From assembly GCA_002269645.1 (NCBI GenBank), contig NIVC01001141.1:62001-126000 (forward strand): DNA of 64,000 nt. The letters run 5' to 3'. A program made the translations under genes and the position numbers. The notes beneath the pieces were generated by a model. The model saw only the letters and a list, made by a program, of their open reading frames with translations, was not told the DNA's origin and made no database searches. Of the stretch, positions 1 through 11,057 are shown one piece after another. Within the stretch, counting starts at the first letter, position 1. Every line of letters begins with the position of its first letter. The stretch comes from Macrostomum lignano. Taxonomy: Eukaryota.

Positions 1-426
1 TAGTATATGCCCAAAAATTTAGGCATGCATTGGCTTTGCATGCCAAAAGTAGGCATGCACAGTTGGTATGCATCACTCCTAAGAAAATACACCTTGCATG
101 CACTTTATAGAATTGCAGAAAAGTTATTGTGAAGTAGAAAAAAGTGAAAAAAAGTTCATAAATAAAGGTAAATATCAACATGAAGTATTATTTGAGTTGC
201 CAATGCATTTCGTCCATTTGCATTAGGACATCGTCAGGGTCTTTTTATTTAAAAAACAATTTGAACAAATATTCAGTATATATAGATAGTTGAGAGTAAC
301 AAGAGTAGTTGAATTGAGTTTTTAATTGATGGTTTAAAACTTGTACATAGTAATCAATTTTTGATACAGTATTGGTTGGGTAAAGTGCATATCAGTTTCA
401 AGCCAGTCCGGTCATTGACAAATCAG

Positions 427-1305
427 CTAAAAAATTCTGAGTTGACGGCTAGCCCCACCCATCGCAAGTTGGTTATTTAACGTGGGCTGTTTGGTCTTAA
501 TGTACAGGGCTTCTAATAGGCAGAGCATGTGATCTCTATTACAAAAATCAATAGCCTTTATCATTTCGTGTGGTTCAGCCTCACAACAAGAATTGCAGGT
601 TAGCAGGTGTTTGTTAATAGCAGAGTTTTTTAGCCAGTGCTCTCTGACCCTCGTGTATAAGTGTCGTTTAGTTTTTCCCATGTAGGAGATGCTCTGGTCC
701 TCAGAGCAAACAAATTTATACACGACACCAGCCGCGAGAGGATGTGGAACACTGGATTTCAACTTGCAGACAAACTTAGCAATCTTTTCGGTGCGAAACA
801 CAACACGGATTTGAGTGTTTAAGTCTTTACGGACGGAGCAGCTTTTCTAACTTCTTTTTAAACTCTATAGAACAAACACCAAAGTAAGGCAAAGTGATCA
901 AGGGACATTCAGAGGTGGAATCACAAACTTTCATCTGAGTAGGTTCAGTCAGTTTGTCATTGAGAAAAGAGTTGACAATTTTCATCACAAAGTTCTTAGG
1001 ATAGCCATTGTAGCTGAGCAGATTGGTGAGGATTTCAACTTTGTTGTGGAAAAGTCTCCAAGAGCTGCAAGTGGAAAAAGCCCAGTGAAGAAAGCAACGA
1101 ATAAATCCAGTTTTCCATTGTCTAGGGCACAAGGCGTCAAACCTAAGCATAAGCCCAGTAAAGCTAGGTTTCCTATACACACTGGTCGAAATAGTTTCAT
1201 CGGTGGCGTCAACGTCAATGTCTAAGAAAGGAAGTCTTTTGCCTCCCCCCTCCACTGTGAATTTGATATTCTCATGAGTAGAATTGATTAACTTAAAAAA
1301 CTCGT
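427..1305 (-). mobile_element. Penelope-like retroelement fragment, 5'-truncated (RT C-terminus/thumb + GIY-YIG endonuclease), one frameshift near 830
   Basis: ORF 827-1402 carries INSTHENIKFTVE..LPFLDI..VYRKPSFTG..NGYP (late RT and thumb of PLEs). ORF 427-801 carries VVYKFVC..YMGKTKRHLYTRVREH..LEALYIKTKQPTLN (GIY-YIG). The frames join with a shift at ~830 (..KLL / RKDLNTQIRVVFRTEKI). The YxDD region is absent, and sequence beyond ~1305 is unrelated AT-rich DNA. Confidence 0.88.
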
Positions 1306-2291
1306 CCTTCTTAGCTTTTTTCATTTTTGAGGCAAAGTTCATTTTTGAATGTAAATTTCCTACTTTCTGGGTTTTTAAGCTCACAATAGGGCATTTAAAC
1401 AAATCTTTGCATATATCAATTTTTCACTATAAATTGTTTTGCCAAAAAGCAGGAAAATTAACCAAATTATCTATCAAAAGGATTTATTATGCAATGAAAA
1501 AGGTCATTTTTATTATAACATTAAATAGGTCATATGTTGCAACACTAGTGGAGTTTTAAAAATGGGCATGCACTTAATTTTTTTGGTGTGCATTTATAAT
1601 TATCAATTTTTGTTTAGATGTGCATCTAGCATGATCCAGACTATGGTATATACCTATCTCTAGAAGATATAGTGCATGCCAACATTTTCTGGCATGCATT
1701 TAAAAATGTCAGCATACACAAGATGCATTTTATTTTTTTTAATATCTGTGCAACTGAAGAAAGTGTAGTTATGAGCATACACAAATGGCATGCAATGTGT
1801 ATTGTGGTAGATCAATATAAGCTATATAATAGATTGATATTCAAATTTATACCACAAAAAGTCTAAATTAGAAAAGTAGTTTTTCCAAGGTTATCACCTT
1901 GGATTATTAAATGTAAATAATTAAAAAGATAAAATAATTATAGGCATTATCAAATTCTAACATTTTTTAAGATGATAATAGAAAGTTTAAAGTATATTTA
2001 ATGGAGCATCTTAATATTCAAATTAAGCTACAATTTGTCAAATGAGCTTTGGTGCCAAGGATATCTAATATATGAATATGATTTATATTATTCATAAATT
2101 AAGGAAAACATGTGTAGCATTGGCTGCTTTAATAACTGAATTCTACTGCATATTAGTATTTGCATATAAAAGTTCCATTTATTTCATTTTTCAAAAGCCC
2201 ACTTGTTAGATGAATGCCAACATTGCTAATACTTGAGTGCACACCTGCCTTAGAGGTTCAGCTAAGCTACCCTGTCTTCCTCTCTGATGCC

Positions 2292-5200
2292 ATGCCAGCC
2301 TCAGTCCGCACAGAGTACAAGCATGCAGGCCGCAATGGCTCATCCCGCTGCCTCATTCTGGATGTGGAGGTCAATGAGGAGGACCTGTTCAGGTTGAAGC
2401 GCTGCAGCCTACCAGCCTCCTGCCAGGGCGACCCAATTGTAGTAAGAAGGCTGGACGATGTACCGCATTTCCTGCAGCACAATGCCTATCTGAGAAATGG
2501 CTACACGAGCTACCTGACTGCCTTCCAGTGCCTCAAGAGGTGAGTTGCCTGCCACAACTCAAATTTATGAAATAATTTTCGGAGACCTGGTTTCGCTTTG
2601 AGACGGGGCAATAGCTAGGGATTTTTATCATCGTGTGAACTTCCAATATACATATTAAGTTGCTGTCTGATTGGAGGCTGATAAGTTTAGAATTCTGAAG
2701 ATAAATCGGAATGAAACTGAAGTACTGAGAGTTTCTACACGAATTATTTGACTGCATTCCATCTGCAAATGGGGGTTCCATGGACAACTTTCGAACTGGA
2801 GCAGTTAGTCGAGAAAATCCGTTTAGAAAGAAGCACATTGGAGAGGTAGGCCAGTTTGTCAGTCTGCAGTAGTAATCTTTCCGAAATGACAGTCGGTAAG
2901 CTTGTGAAACCGCATCGGGCCAAACGCATAAATGGCTTAGAATTGATTTAAAACGGCTTTAAAATGATCTTAGAAAGTTGTTGGGAAGTATATTCTTTTG
3001 TGCTAACAACTGAAGCATTCCTATTTCGCCAGTACACTTTGGAGTTCCCTGATTCGATTTCGCTGCACGTCCAAATTAATTTTGGAGTTGGCGCAGCAAT
3101 GCTGGCCAGGAGGTGGGCGATTTGTTTTACTCATGACGTCCAACCGCCGAGATGCAGCGTGTGCGCTGAGCGTCGTCTGCTCAGGGGTTGGCGAAATGGG
3201 CTGATGGTCGCCAGTGTTTATTCTGAATTGCATGCATTTTCGCCTACTTGCACCATTGCCAGCATGTTCCTGTGGACCAATGAGACAGTCAACATCTGGT
3301 CACATCTGCTGGCATTCTTTCTATTCTTTGTGCTCATGCTGATGGATCTCTGCGAGCCTGTCTGGCTTCGGGGTGAGCAGCGCAGCGACAGAGTCGTAAC
3401 GGCCGCTTCCCTGCTCTGCTTTCAGGTGAGCCTGGGGAGCCTCCTGGGTTGGCGCTGGCACTGAATTGGTGAAATTTAGCTGTTTCTATCTGCAATGGGG
3501 TGTAGCCTAGTGGTTAGAGCATTTGACTCACGACTTGAAGATCGAGGGTTCGATTCCCGATCGTACTGGAACAATTTGTGCAATTGAGCTAGACACTTAC
3601 AGATAACTCTGCATTGCTTCAGTCCACTCAGCTGTAAAATGGGTACCAGAATTAGCTGGGGCAATTGAGCGTGTGTGGCGGACCCCCCCCCCCAGTCTTT
3701 GGATTGAGCAGCCGTACGCAGCCTTCAGATGCGCCGTGCAATAGCTGCGGCTGAGCTGTCGGTTGCACATCTGACCCAACTGGGCAGGTGTAATCCATTT
3801 TTATTGTCTATCTGCGCTTCTCAATGCACTTCTTATCAGCTGATTTTCCCCATATACGACCGCCAACAGCTGAAAGACATGCATAAAACTGAGCTCATGT
3901 TTGAGTAAGAATCTCTCTTGCCTCCTCGCCCCTCCCCTCCTACATCGCTGGACTCCGGATATCGAGCCCTTATTGATTGGCAATTAGCAGGCGACGCCTC
4001 AGACACATCAAGTCAATCCGCACATAAGATACTCCCTATTAGACCACATGTTCAAGCCTACGGCTAGTCGGCCCTTCAACCCAGTCTCAGATTTGGCAAC
4101 ACTGTTGGGTAAACTTCAACCTGACTTTGTTCGACCTGACTTTGCTTTGTCAACTTGTCCAACTTGTCAACTTTATCGTCGCTGAAAGCATTGTCGAACC
4201 CAATAGAAAGGAAGGACCAAAATCAGAACAGATTATTAAAGCATTTCATTCACAATGCCTCACTGCGCCCCGCCCTCAGGCGTGCATGCTGCTCTCGGCC
4301 GGCTACCACACGTTTCGCTGCCACTCCCAGCGGGCGTTCAAGCGCTGGCTGGCGCTGGACCAGGCCGGCATCTGCGTTGGCATCGTCGGCTGCTACTTGC
4401 CCGCGGTGCACTTCGGATTCCGCTGCCATCCGGTAAGATGCACCGGCAGTCTTTGCAGGCTCAAAAATTTCACATCCTCGAAGGCAGTGAATTTGATGCG
4501 ATCAAAACTTCACAAGCTAGAAATTTCACATCGCCAAAAGCAAAAATTGCGGTCGAATCCAGAAGCTATAAATTTTACATAGTCAAAATCGTTAAAATTT
4601 TCATCAAGCAGCATTTTTAGACGATGCAAATACTTTCGAGCTTATAAAATGCTCCCACCATCACCCCCTTAGCTTCAAAAGCAGTTCAATGGGCCGTTTT
4701 ATATCTGATATGCAAGTGTTCACTAAACAACTGATTGCCCTCTCTGCTGCAGTACTGGCGCCAGGTGTACATGTGCATCTGCTGCAGCCTTTGCGCTGCC
4801 GTGCTGTACTTTTCGCTGCGCCTGCGCACATCGTCCAGGGCCTTCCGTCGCATTGTGCTGCCCATGTACTGCTGTCTGGTGGGCTACGGCCTTCTGCCCA
4901 CCCTGCACTGGGTCCACCTCTGCGGCGGCATCTCTTCGCCTCTTGTTTCGGTAAGCTGGGTATTGCTTTGCCGCAGGTATGCGGTGAGTATGAAGGGGCA
5001 GAGCAGCTTCAGGGGAATTCCTGATTCGATTCCGTGAAAGGCCACATTAATTTGGAGCTTGTGTTCGAAAATTGGCCGGGGTTGTCGTGCGATTTAAATA
5101 AAAGCCAACCTTGTTAATGAGGGCTTGCCATGAAGGCCAACCCCCAAGTCACAGAGTGTACATTCCCAGCGATTAGAAAGTCAATGAGGGCTTGCCATGA

Positions 5201-8200
5201 GGGCCAACCCCCAAGGCACAGAGTGTACATTCCCAGCGATTAGAAAGCCAATGAGGGCTTGCCATGAAGGCCAACCCCCAAGGCACAGAGTGTACATTCC
5301 CAGCGATTAGAAAATCAATGAGGGCTTGCCATGAGGGCCAACCCCCAAGGCACAGAGTGTACATTCCCAGCGATTAGAAAATCAATGAGGGCTTGCCATG
5401 AAGGCCAACCCCCAAGGCACAGAGTGTACATTCCCAGCGATTAGAAAATCAATGAGGGCTTGCCATGAGGGCCAACCCCCAAGGCACAGAGTGTACATTC
5501 CCAGCGATTAGAAAATCAATGAGGGCTTGCCATGAGGGCCAACCCCCAAGGCACAGAGTGTACAGTATTGGCGCGCTTGAACAATATCTGTGCTTAGGAG
5601 TCAGCAGAATCGTCTCAGCGCTGCCTGATGTCACTAAAGGCGTTGCGCCAGGGTGCCCACAGACCTGTAGCCAATTTACTATCCATTATATATGCAGCGA
5701 ACACAAGCAGTGAAATTTCCCATTCCAGCACTTTCTTCCCAAAGTGCTTGCGCTTTACGCAATCGGCCTGCTCGGTTTCGGCTTCTATGTCTCGCAGTTT
5801 CCAGAGCGCTGCCTCCCAGGTGAGAATGCGCGATGTTTTCACTATCTTATTTATTGGTGGACTGCTAGCAAAGCCCTTTTGACTAAGGCGATGTCAGGCC
5901 CTAATGAAGCCTGACTCAAAGCTCCCGTCCAAACCGATTATGTTGAGATTTCACGCCGACTTAAAGAAGACACGTTCGCATGAAGTCTATCAGGATAGCA
6001 CTCGGTGCTCGAATTTGTCTCGTTCTCAGATAAAGCCTCAGTACATTCAATGGTCTGCACTTTGACCATTCTTGGTTTGCAAGTGTCCCACCCAATTCAT
6101 TGTGTCTGCTTTGAACTCTTTCTGAAGCTGCTTCACGATTTTTTGCTATTCTCGGCTTCTAGGGTGGAGTGATGTCTCGGCGCTTCTAGGGTGGAATGAT
6201 GTCTCGGCGCTTCTAGGGTGGGATGATGTCTCGGCGCTTCTAGGGTGGGATGATGTCTCGTTGCTTCTAGGGTGGAATGATGTCTCGGTGCTTCAAGGGT
6301 GGAATGATGTCTCGGCGCTTCTAGGGTGGAATGATGTCTCGGCGCTTCTAGGGTGGGATGATGTCTCGGCGCTTCTAGGGTGGGATGATGTCTCGTTGCT
6401 TCTAGGGTGGAATGATGTCTCGGCGCTTCAAGGGTGGGATGATGTCTCGTTGCTTCAAGGGTGGAATGATGTCTCGTTTCTTCAAGGGTGGGATGATGTC
6501 TCGGCGCTTCAAGGGTGGGATGATGTCTCGTTGCTTCAAGGGTGGAATGATGTCTCGTTGCTTCAAGGGTGGGATGATGTCTCGGCGCTTCTATGGTGGG
6601 ATGATGTCTCGTTGCTTCTAGGGTGGGATGATGTCTCGGTGCTTCTAGGGTGGGATGATGTCTCGGCGCTTCTAGGGTGGGATGATGTCTCGGCGCTTCT
6701 AGGGTGGGATGATGTCTCGTTGCTTCTAGGGTGGAATGATGTCTCGTTGCTTCTAGGGTGGAATGATGTCTCGGCGCTTCAAGGGTGGGATGATGTCTCG
6801 GGGCTTCAAGGGTGGAATGATGTCTCGTTTCTTCAAGGGTGGGATGATGTCTCGGCGCTTCAAGGGTGGGATGATGTCTCGTTGCTTCTAGGGTGGAATG
6901 ATGTCTCGTTGCTTCTAGGGTGGAATGATGTCTCGGCGCTTCAAGGGTGGGATGATGTCTCGGGGCTTCAAGGGTGGAATGATGTCTCGTTTCTTCAAGG
7001 GTGGGATGATGTCTCGGCGCTTCAAGGGTGGGATGATGTCTCGTTGCTTCAAGGGTGGAATGATGTCTCGTTGCTTCAAGGGTGGGATGATGTCTCGGCG
7101 CTTCAAGGGTGGGATGATGTCTCGTTGCTTCAAGGGTGGAATGATGTCTCGTTGCTTCAAGGGTGGGATGATGTCTCGGCGCTTCTAGGGTGGAATGATG
7201 TCTCGTTGCTTCTAGGGTGGAATGATGTCTCGTTGCTTCTAGGGTGGAATGATGTCTCGGCGCTTCAAGGGTGGGATGATGTCTCGGGGCTTCAAGGGTG
7301 GAATGATGTCTCGTTTCTTCAAGGGTGGGATGATGTCTCGGCGCTTCAAGGGTGGGATGATGTCTCGTTGCTTCAAGGGTGGAATGATGTCTCGTTGCTT
7401 CAAGGGTGGGATGATGTCTCGGCGCTTCTATGGTGGGATGATGTCTCGTTGCTTCTAGGGTGGGATGATGTCTCGGTGCTTCTAGGGTGGGATGATGTCT
7501 CGGCGCTTCTAGGGTGGGATGATGTCTCGGCGCTTCTAGGGTGGGATGATGTCTCGGCGCTTCTAGGGTGGGATGATGTCTCGGCGCTTCTAGGGTGGAA
7601 TGATGTCTCGGCGCTTCTAGGGTGGGATGATGTCTCGTTGCTTCTAGAGTGGAATGATGTCTCGGCGCTTCTAGGGTGGGATGATGTCTCGTTGCTTCTA
7701 GGGTGGGATGATGTCTCGGCGCTTCTAGGGTGGGATGATGTCTCGGCGCTTCTAGGGTGGGATGATGTCTCAGCAGCATATGAAATTTAGGCGTTGTGAA
7801 ATTTAGGTCTTATGAAAGCGTCCCGGTCCCTGTGGTCCATGGTATTTGCTTTAAGCTAGTTATCAAACAATAGTTATCGATAGCTATCCATCAAGTGCTA
7901 TTAAGATAGCACTTATTATCTTAATCATCAACTAAAACAAAAATGAGTCTGGTATTCAGAAACTACTATTTAAAATATAAACCTACATAAGATGTACAGC
8001 AAAATTATTCTGCTCGAATTTTGGTCATTTTATAAGTTGCTTTTTTGTCGATCATTGAAAATAAATCAGGCTGTTAAAAGAACATTGTGATACGGTCGTG
8101 TACTCCATATCTCTATGGTAATAAATTTTGACGGCTTAAATATTGGCCTTTTTGGCAAAAACTCTAGTCAATATTCTTATTATGCCTTCTGTCTCTTCAA

Positions 8201-8373
8201 CCCAAGGCCGCTTCGACTTCGCTGGCCACAGCCACAACCACTGGCACCTGTGCGTTGTGCTGGGCATGCTGTGGATGCGCCACTGCTGGTCCGACCTGCT
8301 GCTGTTCTGGTCGCGCCAGACCGAGGCGCTGCTCTGCCACCAGCCGCCACTCCTGGCTGCGGAGCCTCGCTGA
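2292..8373 (+). CDS. PAQR3-like: PAQR family 7-TM protein, PAQR3-like, copy 1; exons 2292-2539, 3263-3425, 4280-4432, 4753-4950, 5729-5819, 8207-8373 (339 aa)
   Basis: All introns are GT-AG with consistent phases, total 1020 nt. Family motifs: PHFLQHNAYLRNGY, NETVNIWSH, SAGYHTF, DQAGI, YVSQFPERCLPGRFDFAGHSHNHWH. The start codon is tentative because an upstream exon cannot be excluded. Confidence 0.9.
3044..3216 (+). mobile_element. Degenerate copy of the local tRNA-derived SINE family 2 (PAQR intron 1; duplicated at ~11735-11908)
   Basis: B-box-like GATTCGATTTC followed by AATTAATTTTGGAG and a GCTCAGGGGTTGGCGAAATGGGC tail. These motifs are shared with the copies at ~5020 and 58120-58446. Confidence 0.5.
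3494..3806 (+). mobile_element. tRNA-derived SINE (family 1) with CORE-like central domain, in PAQR intron 2 (duplicate at 12186-12497)
   Basis: A box TAGCCTAGTGG and B box GGTTCGATTCC, followed by CAGTCCACTCAGCTGTAAAATGGGTACC (CORE-like). Flanked by the 9-bp direct repeat TCTATCTGC (3485-3493 and 3807-3815), a probable TSD. Confidence 0.75.
5010..5563 (+). repeat. SINE family 2 copy whose central 67-bp segment is amplified to ~6.7 tandem copies (5116-5563); duplicate at ~13700-14254
   Basis: GATTCGATTCC..CACATTAATTTGGAG head, then AATGAGGGC recurring at 5116, 5183, 5250, 5317, 5384, 5451, 5518. The unit contains GGCCAACCCCCAAGGCACAGAGTGTAC, also present in the SINE copies at ~29080, ~32020 and ~58290. 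Confidence 0.8.
6151..7772. repeat. 27-bp minisatellite, ~60 units, PAQR intron 5 (copy 1)
   Basis: Unit GGGTGG(G/A)ATGATGTCTCG(GC/TT)GCTTC(T/A)A with period 27. It explains the 548-aa and 509-aa repeat ORFs. Confidence 0.97.
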
Positions 8374-9463
8374 GCCACAAGCTTTAATTACTCATCTCAG
8401 TATTCACATTTTAGTTATTTATTTTACCTGTAAGAATGCCTGAGAGTTATTTAGCTGTTTTATAGAGCATTTTAATGTTATCAGTTATTACTGATAGTTG
8501 ATTCATTCAGATGTTCCGCATGTACAGTTTAGCTTCAGACTCCTGCACTATTGCAAGATCAAGCGTACATAATGCTAGCTATAAATTCTGTTTGTCTTTC
8601 CTCTATTGTTCAAGGCGCGCAAGCCTTATTGACTACTAGGCACCAATAAATTAACGACTTAAACTGCTTCCACAGCAACAGCTTGCTGTAACTAATTCGA
8701 TAAAGGCTTGTCTTTACGAGGCTTTAGTCGATCCCGCTGGTGCAATGGGCCAAAGAAAAAAACAAGTTCTATTCATAATTTATGGTTATCGTTCAGAGCA
8801 CACACTGCTCATAAATCTCAGAAAGCTGTGTACACTAAAATACAATACCTGTTTATTACACTCACCGAAAGTACATGCAGCACTTTTACAGTCCACAGTC
8901 CGGAGTAAAAGTGTTCTGCAGTTTACGGACATATACGAGGAGCTCGCTATTAATAATAAATCTGAGACTCGGAAAAACAATAAGACAACTTTAACAACAC
9001 GATATAAAAACAAAGTCTACTGAAAACAAAAGCTACTCAGCTGTTCGACCTCACTATAGTCTTGAAAAAGCTTGCAAAAATTGAAACCGCAGCTGTAACA
9101 ATTGAGGGTGTTTTTAGTTTAAGTGCAGACTGCTGAGCGCTAAAGCGCAATGTTTAGAAGCTCTGGTTAAACTCCGATCATACAAAATCGCCTCAATACC
9201 ACCCAGTTATATTCCAATACTGTACTGAGAAACTGTACTGAGGTCCGAATTCCAATTGCCTCAAGCGGAATTGCAGGAACGTTGGTAGCAAAACCCTTCG
9301 AATAATTGACTGCTTATAAGCGAACTGAATTGCCTCTGCATAAAACTGTTGCAGACCATCCAAGTAGGCAAAGAAACAGACTGAAACAGATCTAAAGTAC
9401 GCAGTTCAACTGCCTTGCATGAAAAATAATGTTAAGCTGCTGCTTTTACCAGCTTAGTTGCGT

Positions 9464-10992
9464 TCAAGTCGCGGTCCCTCCGGCCAGCTCACTGTCTCCC
9501 AGCAGCGGCTCCACAATCTCGGAGTCGCCACCGCTGCCGAGCAACTGCTGGCCGCCGCGGCCGCGACAACGATCCCCGAGCCGGCCGCAGCAGACTGGGA
9601 AAATCTCCGCGCAGGCCAGGACCACCAGGTAGATGATGAAGCAGAAGTACAGCAGGCAGGCCAGGCCTAAAGGCGCCAGAACGTACCACACCTGAGGAAG
9701 CTGCTGCACGAACACCGCCATGAAGAAGACGTTGATGGCCACCACGGCGGCCGAGAGCAGCGCGGCCAGCAGGCTGATGACAGGGTGGTTGCGGAACTCG
9801 CTCATGTAGCGGCCTGAAGCCGTGAAAGTGAGGATGGGGATGAGGGCGAACGGCAGCTGCTGGGACATGAGTACGTTCAGCAGATCGTTGAGGCCGGTGA
9901 GCCGGTTGATGTCGGTGAGGGCGGCCAGCAGGACGGTGGGGGCGATGGCCAAGGAGCGAGTGAGCAGCACCCGCTGCCAGCGCTTCCAGCGCAGCTGCAG
10001 GAAGCCCTCCATGACGAACTGGCCCGCGTAGGTGCCGGTCATGGTGGAGGACTGGCCAGCAGCCAGGATGCCCACCGCCCAGATGTACATGCAGGCCAGG
10101 CCGAACTGGCAGCCGAGGAAGACGCCGCCCCGGTAGATGTCCATATCCAGCTTGCTGGAGTTGCCTGAAAATTTACCACAATTGGACATTTGTAAAGCTT
10201 CAAGGTTGCTGAGAAAACTACATATAAGTTTCAAATTAACGCTGAGGCATAGAATTTCAAAAAAGAAACTATAAACTAGGAATTTCTAGGAGTACTAGGA
10301 GTACTTTCTGGAGAAGACAAGCAGCAGCAGCTTTATACAGTGCGTTATTGTTCGTTCGAGTGGCAGTTAAAGCATTTTTTCTAAAAAAAGACATTCACAA
10401 AGGCGGCCTCCTCACCGCTGAAGATTTCGGCATGCGGATTGTCGTTGGCCACACAGGAGTTGTAGATGGCACTCATGGCCTGCTCGCTGTAACCCTGGGC
10501 GAACACGGACACCACGAACAGGTTGATGAGAAAGGACACGAACAGAGCGATGGAGGACTCCACGAAGAAGTACTTGTTGGCCTCACGCACCGCCCGCCTG
10601 TCTTGCCTGTTCACATCACGCGACTGCACGAGGGCGCTGTGCAGGTAGATGTTGTGCGGCATGATCACCGCTCCGATGGTGCCCACCGCCTGCAGCAGCT
10701 GACGGCCCCCGCAGCCGCGGCACCCCGGCACCACCAGGCCGCGCAGCACCTGCCGCTGGTCGGGCTGCACCACCACGTACTCGTAGCCGAACGTGACGGC
10801 CATGGTGAGGATAAGAAAGCCGAAAAAGGCCTCTAGGCGGCGCAGGCCGTACTTGTCCAGCAGCAGGAATGTGAAGGTGTCGACAATGGTAATGAGCACG
10901 CCGGCCCACAGCGGGATCGCCCCGTTGCTCAGCAGGTTGAGGGCGATGGCCGTCCCGATCACCTCTTGCATGTCCGAGCCCACAATAGCCAC
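9464..10992 (-). pseudogene. SLC11-like: NRAMP exons 2 (10416-10992) and 3 (9464-10164) without their own exon 1 (duplicated copy)
   Basis: Same protein as the 18155-19683 exons. The upstream sequence ends at the duplication junction (11077-11082), so exon 1 with the DPGN motif is absent from this copy. Confidence 0.8.
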
Positions 10993-11057
10993 CTATGGAG
11001 GGCAAGTGATGGCTGCATGGCATTGCTGCTTTCAGACTGGCACTGACCAGCGACTTT

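Noticed and set aside
350-430. Hammerhead at the 3' end of the Penelope fragment
   Set aside because: The minus strand has CTGATTTG..GAAAC but no CTGANGA core.
3497-3568. tRNA gene (Val-like, CAC)
   Set aside because: The anticodon and acceptor stems do not pair, and the sequence continues into a CORE-like body with a TSD. It is a SINE head.
6261-7790. 509-aa WDDVSALLG-repeat protein, and similar repeat ORFs at 48332-48910, 56161-56620, 61037-63578
   Set aside because: They are stop-free frames of intronic minisatellites with no coding context.
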